Part shown: positions 8,634-18,044 of the stretch, piece by piece
Numbering within the stretch: position 1 is the stretch's first letter
How the letters are laid out: each line of letters opens with the position of its first letter
From: a virus
Virus record (IMG/VR): IMGVR_UViG_3300020442_000006
Coordinates: 64,001-128,000 of that record
DNA: 64,000 nucleotides
Strand: one strand, 5' to 3'
Made by a program: the position numbers and the translations under genes
The notes under the pieces: model-generated
What the model saw: the letters and a program-made list of their open reading frames with translations, nothing else
Told to the model about the DNA's origin: nothing
Database searches by the model: none

Positions 8634-9343
8634 TTTCTAAACCATCTGAAAGGGCATTTCTTTTCTTTCTCTCCAAAGATAATATCCTTGGCAAGAAATG
8701 GTGTGAATTGTTTCACCGATAGACGCTTATGCATCTGTAACAGCATTTCCTGTGGTGGTGCTGCCTTGGTCAACTTGAATGACTCTCTAAGATCGCCTTC
8801 CTTATAGAATGCAAACTTATAAATTGGGTCACCTCGTTTAATTTTGACCTGTTCATTAGGATCACAAATATTGATCCCAAAAGATATAGGTCTGCACCAA
8901 TCAGATAGGTTAAACCAACCGTTTACTAGTGTATAGTTATTATTCCTACTTGTCAATGGGTAGTCTCTCGCTTCCACCCATACACCTTTCTGTTTTGTCC
9001 ACAGCAACAACTGTGGTACTGAGATCTGTAGAGTTTTGATAGGTGGTTCTAAATCTTCTACCTTGAGATATTTCTGGATTTGCTGATCATTAAATTCTTT
9101 ACACTTGACTCCACCCTCATAGATTGTGAATGTCATATCCTTCGGACTGTACATAATGAACTCACGTGAGTTCTTATGTGTCCAAGCAGGGCATTGCATA
9201 TATGGTACGAATTTATTTCCCTCGTACTCATCGATAACTTTCTTTGGTTCAATACCAATACCTTCTAAACTTAGAGGTGAATCCCAACAGTTTAGAACAT
9301 CCTGACCACCGTCATACTGATAGTAAAAGATCTCAATAGTCAT
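8630..9343 (-). CDS. Hypothetical protein (CPAW motif); possible beta-clip/dUTPase-like fold
   Basis: ORF track; CP motif and IKRGDP ending resemble 10350..11135; the fold is inference. Confidence 0.65.
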   Translation of the reverse strand: MTIEIFYYQYDGGQDVLNCWDSPLSLEGIGIEPKKVIDEYEGNKFVPYMQCPAWTHKNSREFIMYSPKDMTFTIYEGGVKCKEFNDQQIQKYLKVEDLEPPIKTLQISVPQLLLWTKQKGVWVEARDYPLTSRNNNYTLVNGWFNLSDWCRPISFGINICDPNEQVKIKRGDPIYKFAFYKEGDLRESFKLTKAAPPQEMLLQMHKRLSVKQFTPFLAKDIIFGEKEKKCPFRWFRK

Positions 9344-9866
9344 AATTAAAATTTAATGTCATTCTATTTGTAGTGGTGGTAGGGCAACTCGATGCGTGGT
9401 AAGTAGAACCATCAAAAATAACGACTTTACCCTGTTCTGGTTTTACTCTCCTAGTTTCCTTGTTTTCCTCATCAAAGAACACCGTGTCACCATCACTTGT
9501 GTTCACATAATATATTGCAGTTGTATGTTTGTTGTGTCTGTCAATGTGTGGCATATTGTATCCTGTGCCTGTTGGCAATAGGAGACCACCTTTAATCCTA
9601 TACAGTTCATAATCCTTTGTCTCTACAAATGTGAAGAGAAGAGGCATTATGATATTACAAAACTCTGAGTGAGTACCAGTCTCTGCGTCATAAAACAAAT
9701 GTGCGAACCCTTGACTCCCATTTGCATTAGGGAATCGGTTTCGCACTTCGTCTGTCTCTCTGTATGTGACATCCTTAAGATAACCCCAAGGGAATCCCAC
9801 ATCTTCCATCATTTGTTTGATTCTCATCTGATATACAGGTGGAATCACATTACGAATAATTCGCAT
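9333..9866 (-). CDS. 2OG-Fe(II) oxygenase
   Basis: PHID, IYYVNTSDGDT, YHASS and RMTLNFN motifs; paralogue of 5981..6670. Confidence 0.85.
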   Translation of the reverse strand: MRIIRNVIPPVYQMRIKQMMEDVGFPWGYLKDVTYRETDEVRNRFPNANGSQGFAHLFYDAETGTHSEFCNIIMPLLFTFVETKDYELYRIKGGLLLPTGTGYNMPHIDRHNKHTTAIYYVNTSDGDTVFFDEENKETRRVKPEQGKVVIFDGSTYHASSCPTTTTNRMTLNFNYDY

Positions 9867-10036
9867 TAGTAACTCTGCTCACACTCCTCTAAATTTTCTT
9901 CACCACATTTCTCATATGAAATGCTGTCAGTATGATACGAATGATAAATCCTACCCCATACTACCTCGAACTCTTCCTCATTCAAGTTCTTGAATAAGAC
10001 TTTACCGTTGTAGTAAACGTGATAAGATTCTGCCAT
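9866..10036 (-). CDS. Small hypothetical protein (56 aa)
   Basis: Manual translation MAESYHVYYNGKVLFKNLNEEEFEVVWGRIYHSYHTDSISYEKCGEENLEECEQSY; TAATG coupling at both ends. Confidence 0.7.
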   Translation of the reverse strand: MAESYHVYYNGKVLFKNLNEEEFEVVWGRIYHSYHTDSISYEKCGEENLEECEQSY

Positions 10037-10353
10037 TAATCATCCTCCTGATTTTCTTCTGATACGTTTCCGATAATTTCCATTTCAGTATCCTCAGCGT
10101 CAAGTTCTGCCATTGGCATCCCGACTTCATCTTCCTCACCCATAATGTCTCGTTTCACAATAAAGAGAGCATCGATAGCACCCTCCAATCTAGATCTCTG
10201 AGAATATGCATCAGATCTCTTTTGAAACTCGATAGTGGTGACACCATACGGATTCAGTTTCTTGTTTGCGAAATCCGTATCGTATTTTTCAATGATCTTG
10301 TCAACTTCCTCTTTTTGCAAGTGAAAGTTTTGAATCAATTCATTAATGTTCAT
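10036..10353 (-). CDS. Coiled-coil acidic hypothetical protein (105 aa)
   Basis: ORF track; ATGA coupling. Confidence 0.7.
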   Translation of the reverse strand: MNINELIQNFHLQKEEVDKIIEKYDTDFANKKLNPYGVTTIEFQKRSDAYSQRSRLEGAIDALFIVKRDIMGEEDEVGMPMAELDAEDTEMEIIGNVSEENQEDD

Positions 10354-11135
10354 CGGTCAATTCCGTTACTGTGGTGTTTGATCGCCCTCATAGCACGAGC
10401 AACCTTGTGTGATACATCGTCATCATTAGGATACTCTGCCTTCAAAGAATAGTTGAAAGCATTTTCAAGATCCCAATCTTCAGTCGTTGCATTATCTATA
10501 CGAATATCATACCAACCTTTGTCAAGTGTTGCTCTGGGCATAGGTATGAACTGTGCTAGTGGTGTCCCTGCTTTGATTAGAGTTTCACCATCTAATACGT
10601 GCCAGATAAGTTGCACGTTAACTTGCATAGCAAATCTTGGATCATAGATCCCTGCAGTTGCTTCGAAACGGGACTCATTGTTCCAGTACACGGGTGTCTG
10701 CATAAAGATTAGATCGTCACTTGCTCTCACTCTCCACGGTGTTTCGAGTTTAATGATGTGTGCAAGTGAATCACGTGGACTGTCCACCAAAGGTACAGTT
10801 TGGTCAGGTGGATGATCTCCAATAAAGTTCGCGTGTCTCGTGAACATTGTAGGGATTTCATACTCATAACCAACTCCATCACCGTTTGTACGAATGATGA
10901 AATCCATTGGTGCGACTACAACATAACCCATACGAGTGATCTGTTTCAACCCTGGGCAGTTTGCCACATTCATATTTCCACGAAAGGGGCATTTCTTTTG
11001 TCGTTCTTCTTTCGACATCCAACGTCTTCTTACCGAACTCGTTGGTATCAAAGGATAGTTCTCGACCAACCCTGGTTCTAGAGAGAAGAACCTCAACCAC
11101 GGTTTCTTCTTTTTATTCCTCAGGAAGTTGAACAT
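10350..11135 (-). CDS. Hypothetical protein (CPGL...KLETPW...IKAGTPLAQ); possible beta-clip/dUTPase-like fold
   Basis: Track ORF 10350..11213; probable start MFNFLR at 11135, overlapping the halogenase stop. Confidence 0.7.
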   Translation of the reverse strand: MFNFLRNKKKKPWLRFFSLEPGLVENYPLIPTSSVRRRWMSKEERQKKCPFRGNMNVANCPGLKQITRMGYVVVAPMDFIIRTNGDGVGYEYEIPTMFTRHANFIGDHPPDQTVPLVDSPRDSLAHIIKLETPWRVRASDDLIFMQTPVYWNNESRFEATAGIYDPRFAMQVNVQLIWHVLDGETLIKAGTPLAQFIPMPRATLDKGWYDIRIDNATTEDWDLENAFNYSLKAEYPNDDDVSHKVARAMRAIKHHSNGIDR

Positions 11136-12765
11136 TGTCTTCACCATAGATGTTTTCAAGTAAGAATTCATAATGTGTTGGGCATTCATCAGACTTGATA
11201 AACTCATCAACACTCTTGATATAGTCTAGACGCTCATTTCCAATATGAGTGAGTTCATCAATGTTTCCATATCCATTAAACCTAGTTCCCAATCTCAATC
11301 CCATACCTGCAGCGATGAAGTTCATACCTGCAATGTTTGCTCTGAGTGGTCTACCAAGATCAAGAATATCTCCCATCCTCTCGTACTCATCGTTCACCTT
11401 GATGTTACCATCAAACTGTTCGAGCATATACTCACATCTTTGTGATGCGTGTCTCCAATATGGATTATCAGTTCGTTTGCTCAATGCATAGTGCATTGCT
11501 ACGAAGTGACTGAACCCAATCACCTCACGTTGTGCAGCATAGTTGAACCATTGACGCTCAATACCTGATACATAACCCTGACGACGATTAAGAACATCGA
11601 CCAGTCTAAGGATATTCTCGTGAGTTGTCAACAGACCAGTGGATTCTAGTGGTTCAATGAAACCATATGACATCCCGATTGCTACACAATTCAACTCCCA
11701 CGCTTTCTCTCTATATCCGTGCTTGATGTCAATAGACTGGATTTCATACTCATCAGGTTCCAGATCGAATTCTTCATCAATCCACATCTCGAATTCCTGT
11801 CTCGCCTCATTTTCCATAGCGAAACGTGACGACCAACAGTATCCAACTCCGATCCTATCCCACAACGGAATAGTCCACATCCATCCATTATTTGCACCAC
11901 GACAGTCTGTCACATTGTGCATCTTTTCCTTACGTTGTTTCTGTGATGTGTAAGGAATGCGAGCAAAGAATGCTTTGTCGTTTGGTAGATATTTCTCGAA
12001 ACTAATATGACGTACTGCCATCATTTCCTCAATGAGTGCACCCTTAAATCCTGTGCAGTCAATGAAGAGATCGCCTTGTACCCCGATTGTCTTTTTATCT
12101 GCTGCTAGTTTTACTGCAAGTTGTTTGATGACTCTGTTACTTTGGGCGGGAGATCCACCTGCCATAACATCCTTGACCATTCCTCGTACATCACCTGTGA
12201 TGTGTGTGAATCTATCCTGTGATGCAAACGGATAGCATACATCAGTCTTCAAGTATTCTGCGAATCGATCAGCATCAATATGGTAGGCAGTATCACTAGC
12301 AAAGTCAAAATCACGAATCCTCCCATCTTCGTTACCGTATTCTTTATTATGTTCTGCCATACAGGTGTTACCTGCCAAGTAATACTTAGCAAACAACTCT
12401 GGCGGGAACTCATCAGGATATAATCTTTGAAGATCAAAGAAATCTTGAATATCGTTCTTACAATTATATAGATCTGCAGGTCCAAATGGATACTGGAATG
12501 TAGATCCCTTCTCACGGAAGTCTGTGAACTGAATACTGTTCTTATATGTTGCTCCTACCTTCGGCATCCAGTCTTCGTCTTTAAGACCAAGTGAACGCAA
12601 ATACTTATTAAACTGTCCGATAGTTGATTCACCAACTCCGACTGGTTTATGCTTCTTGGATTCGACTAGTACAACACTAATCCAAGGGCATAATTTCAAT
12701 AGTGCTGCTGCTGTCATCCATCCAGATGACCCACCGCCAACCACTACAACATTGTTAACTTGCAT
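11113..12765 (-). CDS. prnA: Flavin-dependent halogenase (tryptophan halogenase PrnA-like) 1
   Basis: GGGSSG FAD motif, GVGEST, catalytic-Lys context ATYK, WMWTIP (WxWxIP), FIEPLESTG. Confidence 0.9.
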   Translation of the reverse strand: MQVNNVVVVGGGSSGWMTAAALLKLCPWISVVLVESKKHKPVGVGESTIGQFNKYLRSLGLKDEDWMPKVGATYKNSIQFTDFREKGSTFQYPFGPADLYNCKNDIQDFFDLQRLYPDEFPPELFAKYYLAGNTCMAEHNKEYGNEDGRIRDFDFASDTAYHIDADRFAEYLKTDVCYPFASQDRFTHITGDVRGMVKDVMAGGSPAQSNRVIKQLAVKLAADKKTIGVQGDLFIDCTGFKGALIEEMMAVRHISFEKYLPNDKAFFARIPYTSQKQRKEKMHNVTDCRGANNGWMWTIPLWDRIGVGYCWSSRFAMENEARQEFEMWIDEEFDLEPDEYEIQSIDIKHGYREKAWELNCVAIGMSYGFIEPLESTGLLTTHENILRLVDVLNRRQGYVSGIERQWFNYAAQREVIGFSHFVAMHYALSKRTDNPYWRHASQRCEYMLEQFDGNIKVNDEYERMGDILDLGRPLRANIAGMNFIAAGMGLRLGTRFNGYGNIDELTHIGNERLDYIKSVDEFIKSDECPTHYEFLLENIYGEDNVQLPEE

Positions 12766-12767
12766 AA

Positions 12768-14258
12768 CTAAGAATCTTCTGTCTTATATAGGGTAGTTTG
12801 ATAATACTCCAACGGTGTTGGATAGTCTGGATCACGTTTAGTTAGGTGATCCATAAACATATCGTCAAAGTCGGGTGATTCGTAACCATCGTGTGCTTTG
12901 ATGACATCGAACCTGTCAGGAATTATATCATATTCATACCCACCTAGCAAGTATAATGCACCCTCAGACAGGTAGTTTAGATTTCCAATCTGTTCGAATC
13001 TCTGTGTCAACACATCAGGGAACTCTGATTGAAAGTTCATTTGATTATAGTGTTTCCAGAATGGTGTGTCATCCCTAGGACTTAGACAATAGTGTGCCAA
13101 TACGAAATCCTTGAATGACTGTAGTCTTCGCTTGGATCCCCAGTTGAATTGTTCTCTGATAAAACCATTGTAGTTGTCCCTCTCTTTAGGAAGAACCTGT
13201 ATCAGATTGAATAAGAACTCGTGTACTGAGTATAGTCCACCTGATTCTAGTGGTTCAATGAAACCACCTGCCAATCCAATAGACACTACATTCTTCTTCC
13301 ATATCTCCTTCCTTACACCTGTAGGGAACTCAAGGAATCTGAATTCCTGTTCATCACCTACACCTAAATGCTGTTTGAATTCTGTTAGTGCATCCTCTTT
13401 GGATTGATGACGGGAAGAGAATACATAACCCGTTCCAATTCGTGACCACGTGGGTGCTCTCCATACCCATCCACTGCTCATTCCTGTGCAGTTTGTGTAT
13501 GCAACTAATTCTTTTGCTTTGTCCTTATATGGTATTCTCGTTGTCCACGCTGAGTCACAACACAATTCATCTACACCACAAATATCTGAGTTCCACGCTT
13601 CCCACTCGGATCCTACTTCATTGCTAAGGATCGCAGCAAAACCTGTGCAGTCTATAAAAAGGTCTGCATCGTGCCAATCGCCACTAGAAACGCGAACTCT
13701 GCTAATCCCATCCACGCAGGATTCAATCTCGCGGACTGTATCTTCAATAAGTTTAACACCTTTAGGAATTGCATAGTTGTGTTTTAGATATTCTGCAAAG
13801 GAAATAGCGTCGAAATGGTAACCAACGTTAAAATGAGTGAGATCTGGGATAAGTTTGCCATTTTCGGCACCGCGTACTGTGTCTGAATATATCAGACCAA
13901 ACGTCATACTGTCAATGTGTCCAACCTTTCTCCAAGTGTAGTAATCAGCAACAGATGCAGGACCTTCAGTCTTGCCGAATGGGTAATGAAAAGGACCCTT
14001 CGGATTGAAGTTCTCGAACCGTACACTGTGCTTATACGTTGCGTCACACTTAGGCATCCAGTCCTCATCCTTGAGACCAAGATACCTGACAAATGTATTA
14101 AAAAATTGTGTTGTCGCTTCTCCCACACCAATTCGAGGTGTAGTAGGAGATTCGATCAACACAATCTCTTTTGTATTACCAAAATGTTTCGCTAGAACAC
14201 TAGCGGTCATCCACCCTGCACTGCCACCACCGACAATACAGATTTTATGTAGTTGCAT
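12768..14258 (-). CDS. prnA: Flavin-dependent halogenase (PrnA-like) 2
   Basis: GGGSAG, GVGEAT, ATYK, WVWRAP, FIEPLESGG. Confidence 0.9.
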   Translation of the reverse strand: MQLHKICIVGGGSAGWMTASVLAKHFGNTKEIVLIESPTTPRIGVGEATTQFFNTFVRYLGLKDEDWMPKCDATYKHSVRFENFNPKGPFHYPFGKTEGPASVADYYTWRKVGHIDSMTFGLIYSDTVRGAENGKLIPDLTHFNVGYHFDAISFAEYLKHNYAIPKGVKLIEDTVREIESCVDGISRVRVSSGDWHDADLFIDCTGFAAILSNEVGSEWEAWNSDICGVDELCCDSAWTTRIPYKDKAKELVAYTNCTGMSSGWVWRAPTWSRIGTGYVFSSRHQSKEDALTEFKQHLGVGDEQEFRFLEFPTGVRKEIWKKNVVSIGLAGGFIEPLESGGLYSVHEFLFNLIQVLPKERDNYNGFIREQFNWGSKRRLQSFKDFVLAHYCLSPRDDTPFWKHYNQMNFQSEFPDVLTQRFEQIGNLNYLSEGALYLLGGYEYDIIPDRFDVIKAHDGYESPDFDDMFMDHLTKRDPDYPTPLEYYQTTLYKTEDS

Positions 14259-14264
14259 ACCAAA

Positions 14265-14783
14265 TTAGAGTTCTTCGTAGGTTCTTCCCCAGTTAGAGTA
14301 TCTCTCCCAACAAGGTTGTTCTTGTGTTGAGAGTTTGCAGGGTCTGCTAGTAGCAGGTTCTACGTTGTCAGACATAAATTCTGCAATTTCTTCCTCTGTC
14401 ATCGTGGGATCCATTGGTTCCTCAACTGATGAAGGTGAAGTTGTGTTTTCTTTAACTGTCTTGACGTGATTATACCAAAGAGCATCGTCTGCTGTCAACG
14501 CTCTGCCTGCTGCGAGGTCTTTGTAGAGCATATCCAACTGTGCTCCCACCTCACCATATGCAACTCTACGTGTAGTAGCAGGATCTGCATATGTTTCTGT
14601 TCTCTTGACCCAGATCATATCCTCTGCCGAGGGTGACCACTCAAGTGTCCAAACCTTAGTAATATCGTCAGGTGCATTCACCCACATCTGTGCACAACCA
14701 CGACCAAGGAATAGTGCGTATTCCTCCCCTGGTTCTACGATGTCAGCGACATACCCTGTGAAATCCATCAATGCTTTTTTCAT
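14265..14783 (-). CDS. Acidic protein following a Gly-rich fibre gene; putative tail-fibre assembly/chaperone-like
   Basis: ORF track; QLDMLY...W..HVK pattern; position suggests the role. Confidence 0.55.
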   Translation of the reverse strand: MKKALMDFTGYVADIVEPGEEYALFLGRGCAQMWVNAPDDITKVWTLEWSPSAEDMIWVKRTETYADPATTRRVAYGEVGAQLDMLYKDLAAGRALTADDALWYNHVKTVKENTTSPSSVEEPMDPTMTEEEIAEFMSDNVEPATSRPCKLSTQEQPCWERYSNWGRTYEEL

Positions 14784-14792
14784 CGTGACCCC

Positions 14793-15593
14793 TTATTTGT
14801 AGTTGATAACAGTAACAACACCATACTTACCGTTTGAACCACGGAAAGAGTGGAAGTGACCACCTGAACCACCAGAACCATATGCTGAGTGATCTTGGTG
14901 ATTATGACTGAAGTTTCCACCATTTGGCCAACCTGCAGCAACAGATCCTCCAAAGTGAGAAGGTCCACCAGTTCCACCACCGTGAGCAGCGTGGGACTGT
15001 CCACCACCACCCCAGATGTTCAAGTCTCCACCAGAACCATTTCTGCCGAGACCACCTGAGTGTGAGTTATTTCTTGCAGCACCGTGTCCTCCACCTGCTG
15101 ACATATAAGGACCGAATGAAGATGATCCTCCATCACCACCACGGTTGAAGTACCAAGTACCACCGCCACCACCACCAATAGTGATACCAACGGATGAAAT
15201 GTTTGCCACAGACATCACACGTTCGGAGTAACCTCCTGCACCGCCTGATTCACCGTGACCCGCACCTCCTCCACCGCCGCCTTGTACGCGAACGTGGATA
15301 TACTTGACACCACTTGGTCTGTTCCAAGTACCATTACCTGTCCAAACCTGTAGTGATGAAATGTTTTCTGAACTTACGTCTGTCCAAGACATTGACGAAC
15401 CGTTCGTGGTAAGAAACTTACCACTCTGACCTGAGACACTAGGCACAATCTGACTAGATGAACCTGACATCGTACCGTTAACGGTCAAGTTACTAACAGT
15501 CAGCGTACCATTAGCAGTAATATTACCAGATGCGAGGGTAAAACCGCCAATGCCAGACAGGTCTCTAATAGATGCAACTTTGAGTGTACTCAT
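14793..15593 (-). CDS. Gly-rich tail-fibre/adhesin-like protein (His-rich loops)
   Basis: Repeated GGGG motifs, GKFLTTNG linker, WNRPSGVKYIHVRVQGGGGGG; TATAAATA upstream. Confidence 0.75.
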   Translation of the reverse strand: MSTLKVASIRDLSGIGGFTLASGNITANGTLTVSNLTVNGTMSGSSSQIVPSVSGQSGKFLTTNGSSMSWTDVSSENISSLQVWTGNGTWNRPSGVKYIHVRVQGGGGGGAGHGESGGAGGYSERVMSVANISSVGITIGGGGGGTWYFNRGGDGGSSSFGPYMSAGGGHGAARNNSHSGGLGRNGSGGDLNIWGGGGQSHAAHGGGTGGPSHFGGSVAAGWPNGGNFSHNHQDHSAYGSGGSGGHFHSFRGSNGKYGVVTVINYK

Positions 15594-15621
15594 TTTAGCC
15601 TGTTAAAATTTCCTCGTTAGT

Positions 15622-15629
15622 TATTTATA
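15622..15629 (-). promoter_or_regulatory. T4-type late promoter TATAAATA
   Basis: Exact match on minus, 28 nt upstream of ATG 15593. Confidence 0.75.
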
Positions 15630-15631
15630 CA

Positions 15632-16165
15632 TTATGTAGGTGGCACAGGGCGTTCGAAACCAGAAGGGAGATAAGGTTGGTCTCTTTCCCATTGCTCATC
15701 ATCAGGATAGTATCCTTCGTGATACACAACTGTGTTCGCAGGATTCTCTCTCTGAGTAGACGGATCCTGATAATCAGGAACTTCAATCGTCTCTCTATGA
15801 ATCATTGATTTAGTATCGTCTCCTGCCCACATTTGAACAGAATACTTAACCTCTGTATTTAGCACAGGTAGTGATACTGTTAGTTGATACTTATCATCAC
15901 TTGATAAGATGTTATCAAGTTGTGTCGTAAAGATCTGAAATCCAGAAGGTTCAGAGACTGAGATACCAACTCTTAACCCATCCTCCCATTTCAGTTTGTA
16001 TTCTCCAAATTTCCTTACGCTCATTTTAATAGTGACATCTCTAGATTTAATCGTAGAGAATCCACTACCAATACTTGTGTCTTCTCCCAAATCGAAGACT
16101 ACAGCAGCAACGTTATACTTTTCGTATTGATCGTCTGCTGTTTTTGGGTCGTAAATTGTTGCCAT
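15632..16165 (-). CDS. Acidic hypothetical protein (177 aa) following a Gly-rich fibre gene
   Basis: ORF track. Confidence 0.65.
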   Translation of the reverse strand: MATIYDPKTADDQYEKYNVAAVVFDLGEDTSIGSGFSTIKSRDVTIKMSVRKFGEYKLKWEDGLRVGISVSEPSGFQIFTTQLDNILSSDDKYQLTVSLPVLNTEVKYSVQMWAGDDTKSMIHRETIEVPDYQDPSTQRENPANTVVYHEGYYPDDEQWERDQPYLPSGFERPVPPT

Positions 16166-16167
16166 AA

Positions 16168-17151
16168 TTAACTTACAATGTAACCAAGAGTGGCAATACC
16201 TGATCCACCATTAGGTTGTGCATAACCCTGTCTAAACTGAGAAGAGTTATCCCCTGGGGTATTCCAGTCACCATTACTTATATAACCACCAACGTGGTAT
16301 GGAGAAGAAATCCAAGAATTACCTCCACCACCACCTGCGGCACCGTTACAGTCACAACCTGGGTTTCCACCACAGTTACCTGCATTGTAACCGCCGCCAC
16401 CGCCGCCTCCACCTGAAGCGTCGTTCCCTGGTCTGCCACACTCATCACCGTTGGTATCACTGTTACCACCTGCTGATCCACCCTGTGAACCACACTGTCC
16501 GTTTGCTCCTCTTTGTCCACCTGCTCCACCATTACCTGCACCAGAGCAACCTTCACGACCTCCACCTCCGCCGCCTGCACCTGCGACTTGAAGGATGTGA
16601 TCACTCGACATACTTACTCCAAGTGGTGAGAAAAGCATAGTTGCTGCTCCTCCTCCACCTCCTCCTGCTGAACATCCTCTGCAAGAAGCGTGTGTACCAC
16701 GTCCCCCTGAACCATAACCAGATCCATTGGTACCGTTTCCACCGCCACCCCAACATCCGTAGCATCCGTTTCCTCCTCCACCGCCGCCACCGACGTAGAT
16801 TCTCATTCTGCCACCTGCATTAACCCAAGAATCTTGAACTGTAATCTCACCATATGACATACCACCTGCACCACCGTTGGCACCACCTTGACCGCCGCGG
16901 CCACCTGCAGCACCCCACATCCAAACGTATAGAGTTGCACCTGCACCACCACGAATGTATAGACTATTATCTCCTGTGCTTGTAAATCTGTGGAACCTGA
17001 AGTTCAATCCGTTATATGCTTGATCGAATACAGTTCCGTTATCATCAGCAATAATTCTGATAGCACCACCGCCACCTGCTCCACCACCACGAGAACATAG
17101 TGTGGACGACAGGGGATTGAACATCCCAGAATAACCAATGTTAGTTGACAT
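16168..17151 (-). CDS. Gly-rich, Cys-containing tail-fibre tip/adhesin-like protein
   Basis: Many GGGGG runs separated by short loops; VWMWGAAGGRGG motif. Confidence 0.75.
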   Translation of the reverse strand: MSTNIGYSGMFNPLSSTLCSRGGGAGGGGAIRIIADDNGTVFDQAYNGLNFRFHRFTSTGDNSLYIRGGAGATLYVWMWGAAGGRGGQGGANGGAGGMSYGEITVQDSWVNAGGRMRIYVGGGGGGGNGCYGCWGGGGNGTNGSGYGSGGRGTHASCRGCSAGGGGGGAATMLFSPLGVSMSSDHILQVAGAGGGGGGREGCSGAGNGGAGGQRGANGQCGSQGGSAGGNSDTNGDECGRPGNDASGGGGGGGGYNAGNCGGNPGCDCNGAAGGGGGNSWISSPYHVGGYISNGDWNTPGDNSSQFRQGYAQPNGGSGIATLGYIVS

Positions 17152-17153
17152 AA

Positions 17154-18020
17154 TTATGCAGGATAATATCCAGTAGCAGAACCAAAGATAGTGAATGAAT
17201 GTTGATTGGTATTTGGTGTGTAAACCAATGCGAATGACACAACCACATAGTTATCATCATCACCCCAAGCGGGTTCGTTACCACCTGACCAGTAGATTGT
17301 TGTTCCTTGTCCGTTAACGTTAACTGAGGTAGGAATACCCTCACCACCTGCGTTCTTGATAGCAACAGTCATACCATATGCGTGTGCACCATCAGTAGGA
17401 ACGTTGGTGAAACTGATAGTAAAGTTACCACCACCAGTTTTGTTGATCCAGATAGAGTTTGAATTATTGTAATCGTGAGTTAGAGAACCACTTGTTGTGT
17501 AATAGTAAACGCTCTCTTTTGTTTCACCGTAATGAAGTGTACCAGTGAATGTAGCGTGCTGTGATTCAATATCAACAAATTCAGCGTATGACAGGTCATC
17601 GTCACCGAGCAATGTCCAAGATGCACCGTTCTCGATAGTAACTGTATAACCTGAGTCAATTTGGATAGGACCCGCTGAGAATCCGTTTGTGAACTCTACA
17701 CCACCGTTTGCAGTAGGACCGACAGTTAAGTTCTCTTGAATATTTGTACCGTTCGTTCTAATGATAGAACCTTCACCAATAGCAGGACCACCTCCACCAA
17801 CGTCTGTCCACCCAGGGTTACCTTGGTTGGCATCTTGTTTGTAGATCTGTGCCATATCCTCGGTGTTATTATACACCAAGGTACCAAACGCGGGTGTACC
17901 TAGAGAGTTAACCTGCGATTGGTTCAGAGAGGGGAGATTTAATTGTTCGGAAATAGACCACGCTTCGACCAAACCTCTGGTCGTTGCTTGAATCTGATTA
18001 CCATTAATCTTTGTTGACAT
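17154..18020 (-). CDS. Virion/tail-fibre associated protein (288 aa)
   Basis: Beta-rich; SAGPIQIDSGYTVTIENGASW motif; located in the fibre block. Confidence 0.65.
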   Translation of the reverse strand: MSTKINGNQIQATTRGLVEAWSISEQLNLPSLNQSQVNSLGTPAFGTLVYNNTEDMAQIYKQDANQGNPGWTDVGGGGPAIGEGSIIRTNGTNIQENLTVGPTANGGVEFTNGFSAGPIQIDSGYTVTIENGASWTLLGDDDLSYAEFVDIESQHATFTGTLHYGETKESVYYYTTSGSLTHDYNNSNSIWINKTGGGNFTISFTNVPTDGAHAYGMTVAIKNAGGEGIPTSVNVNGQGTTIYWSGGNEPAWGDDDNYVVVSFALVYTPNTNQHSFTIFGSATGYYPA

Positions 18021-18044
18021 AGGATCCTACCGTTCCTGTTCTAT

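Noticed and set aside
16216-17365. His/Arg-rich and Val-rich ORFs (e.g. 16299..16640 +, 16278..16604 -)
   Set aside because: Antisense or alternate-frame shadows of GGT/GGA codons in the Gly-rich fibre gene; no SD or promoter support
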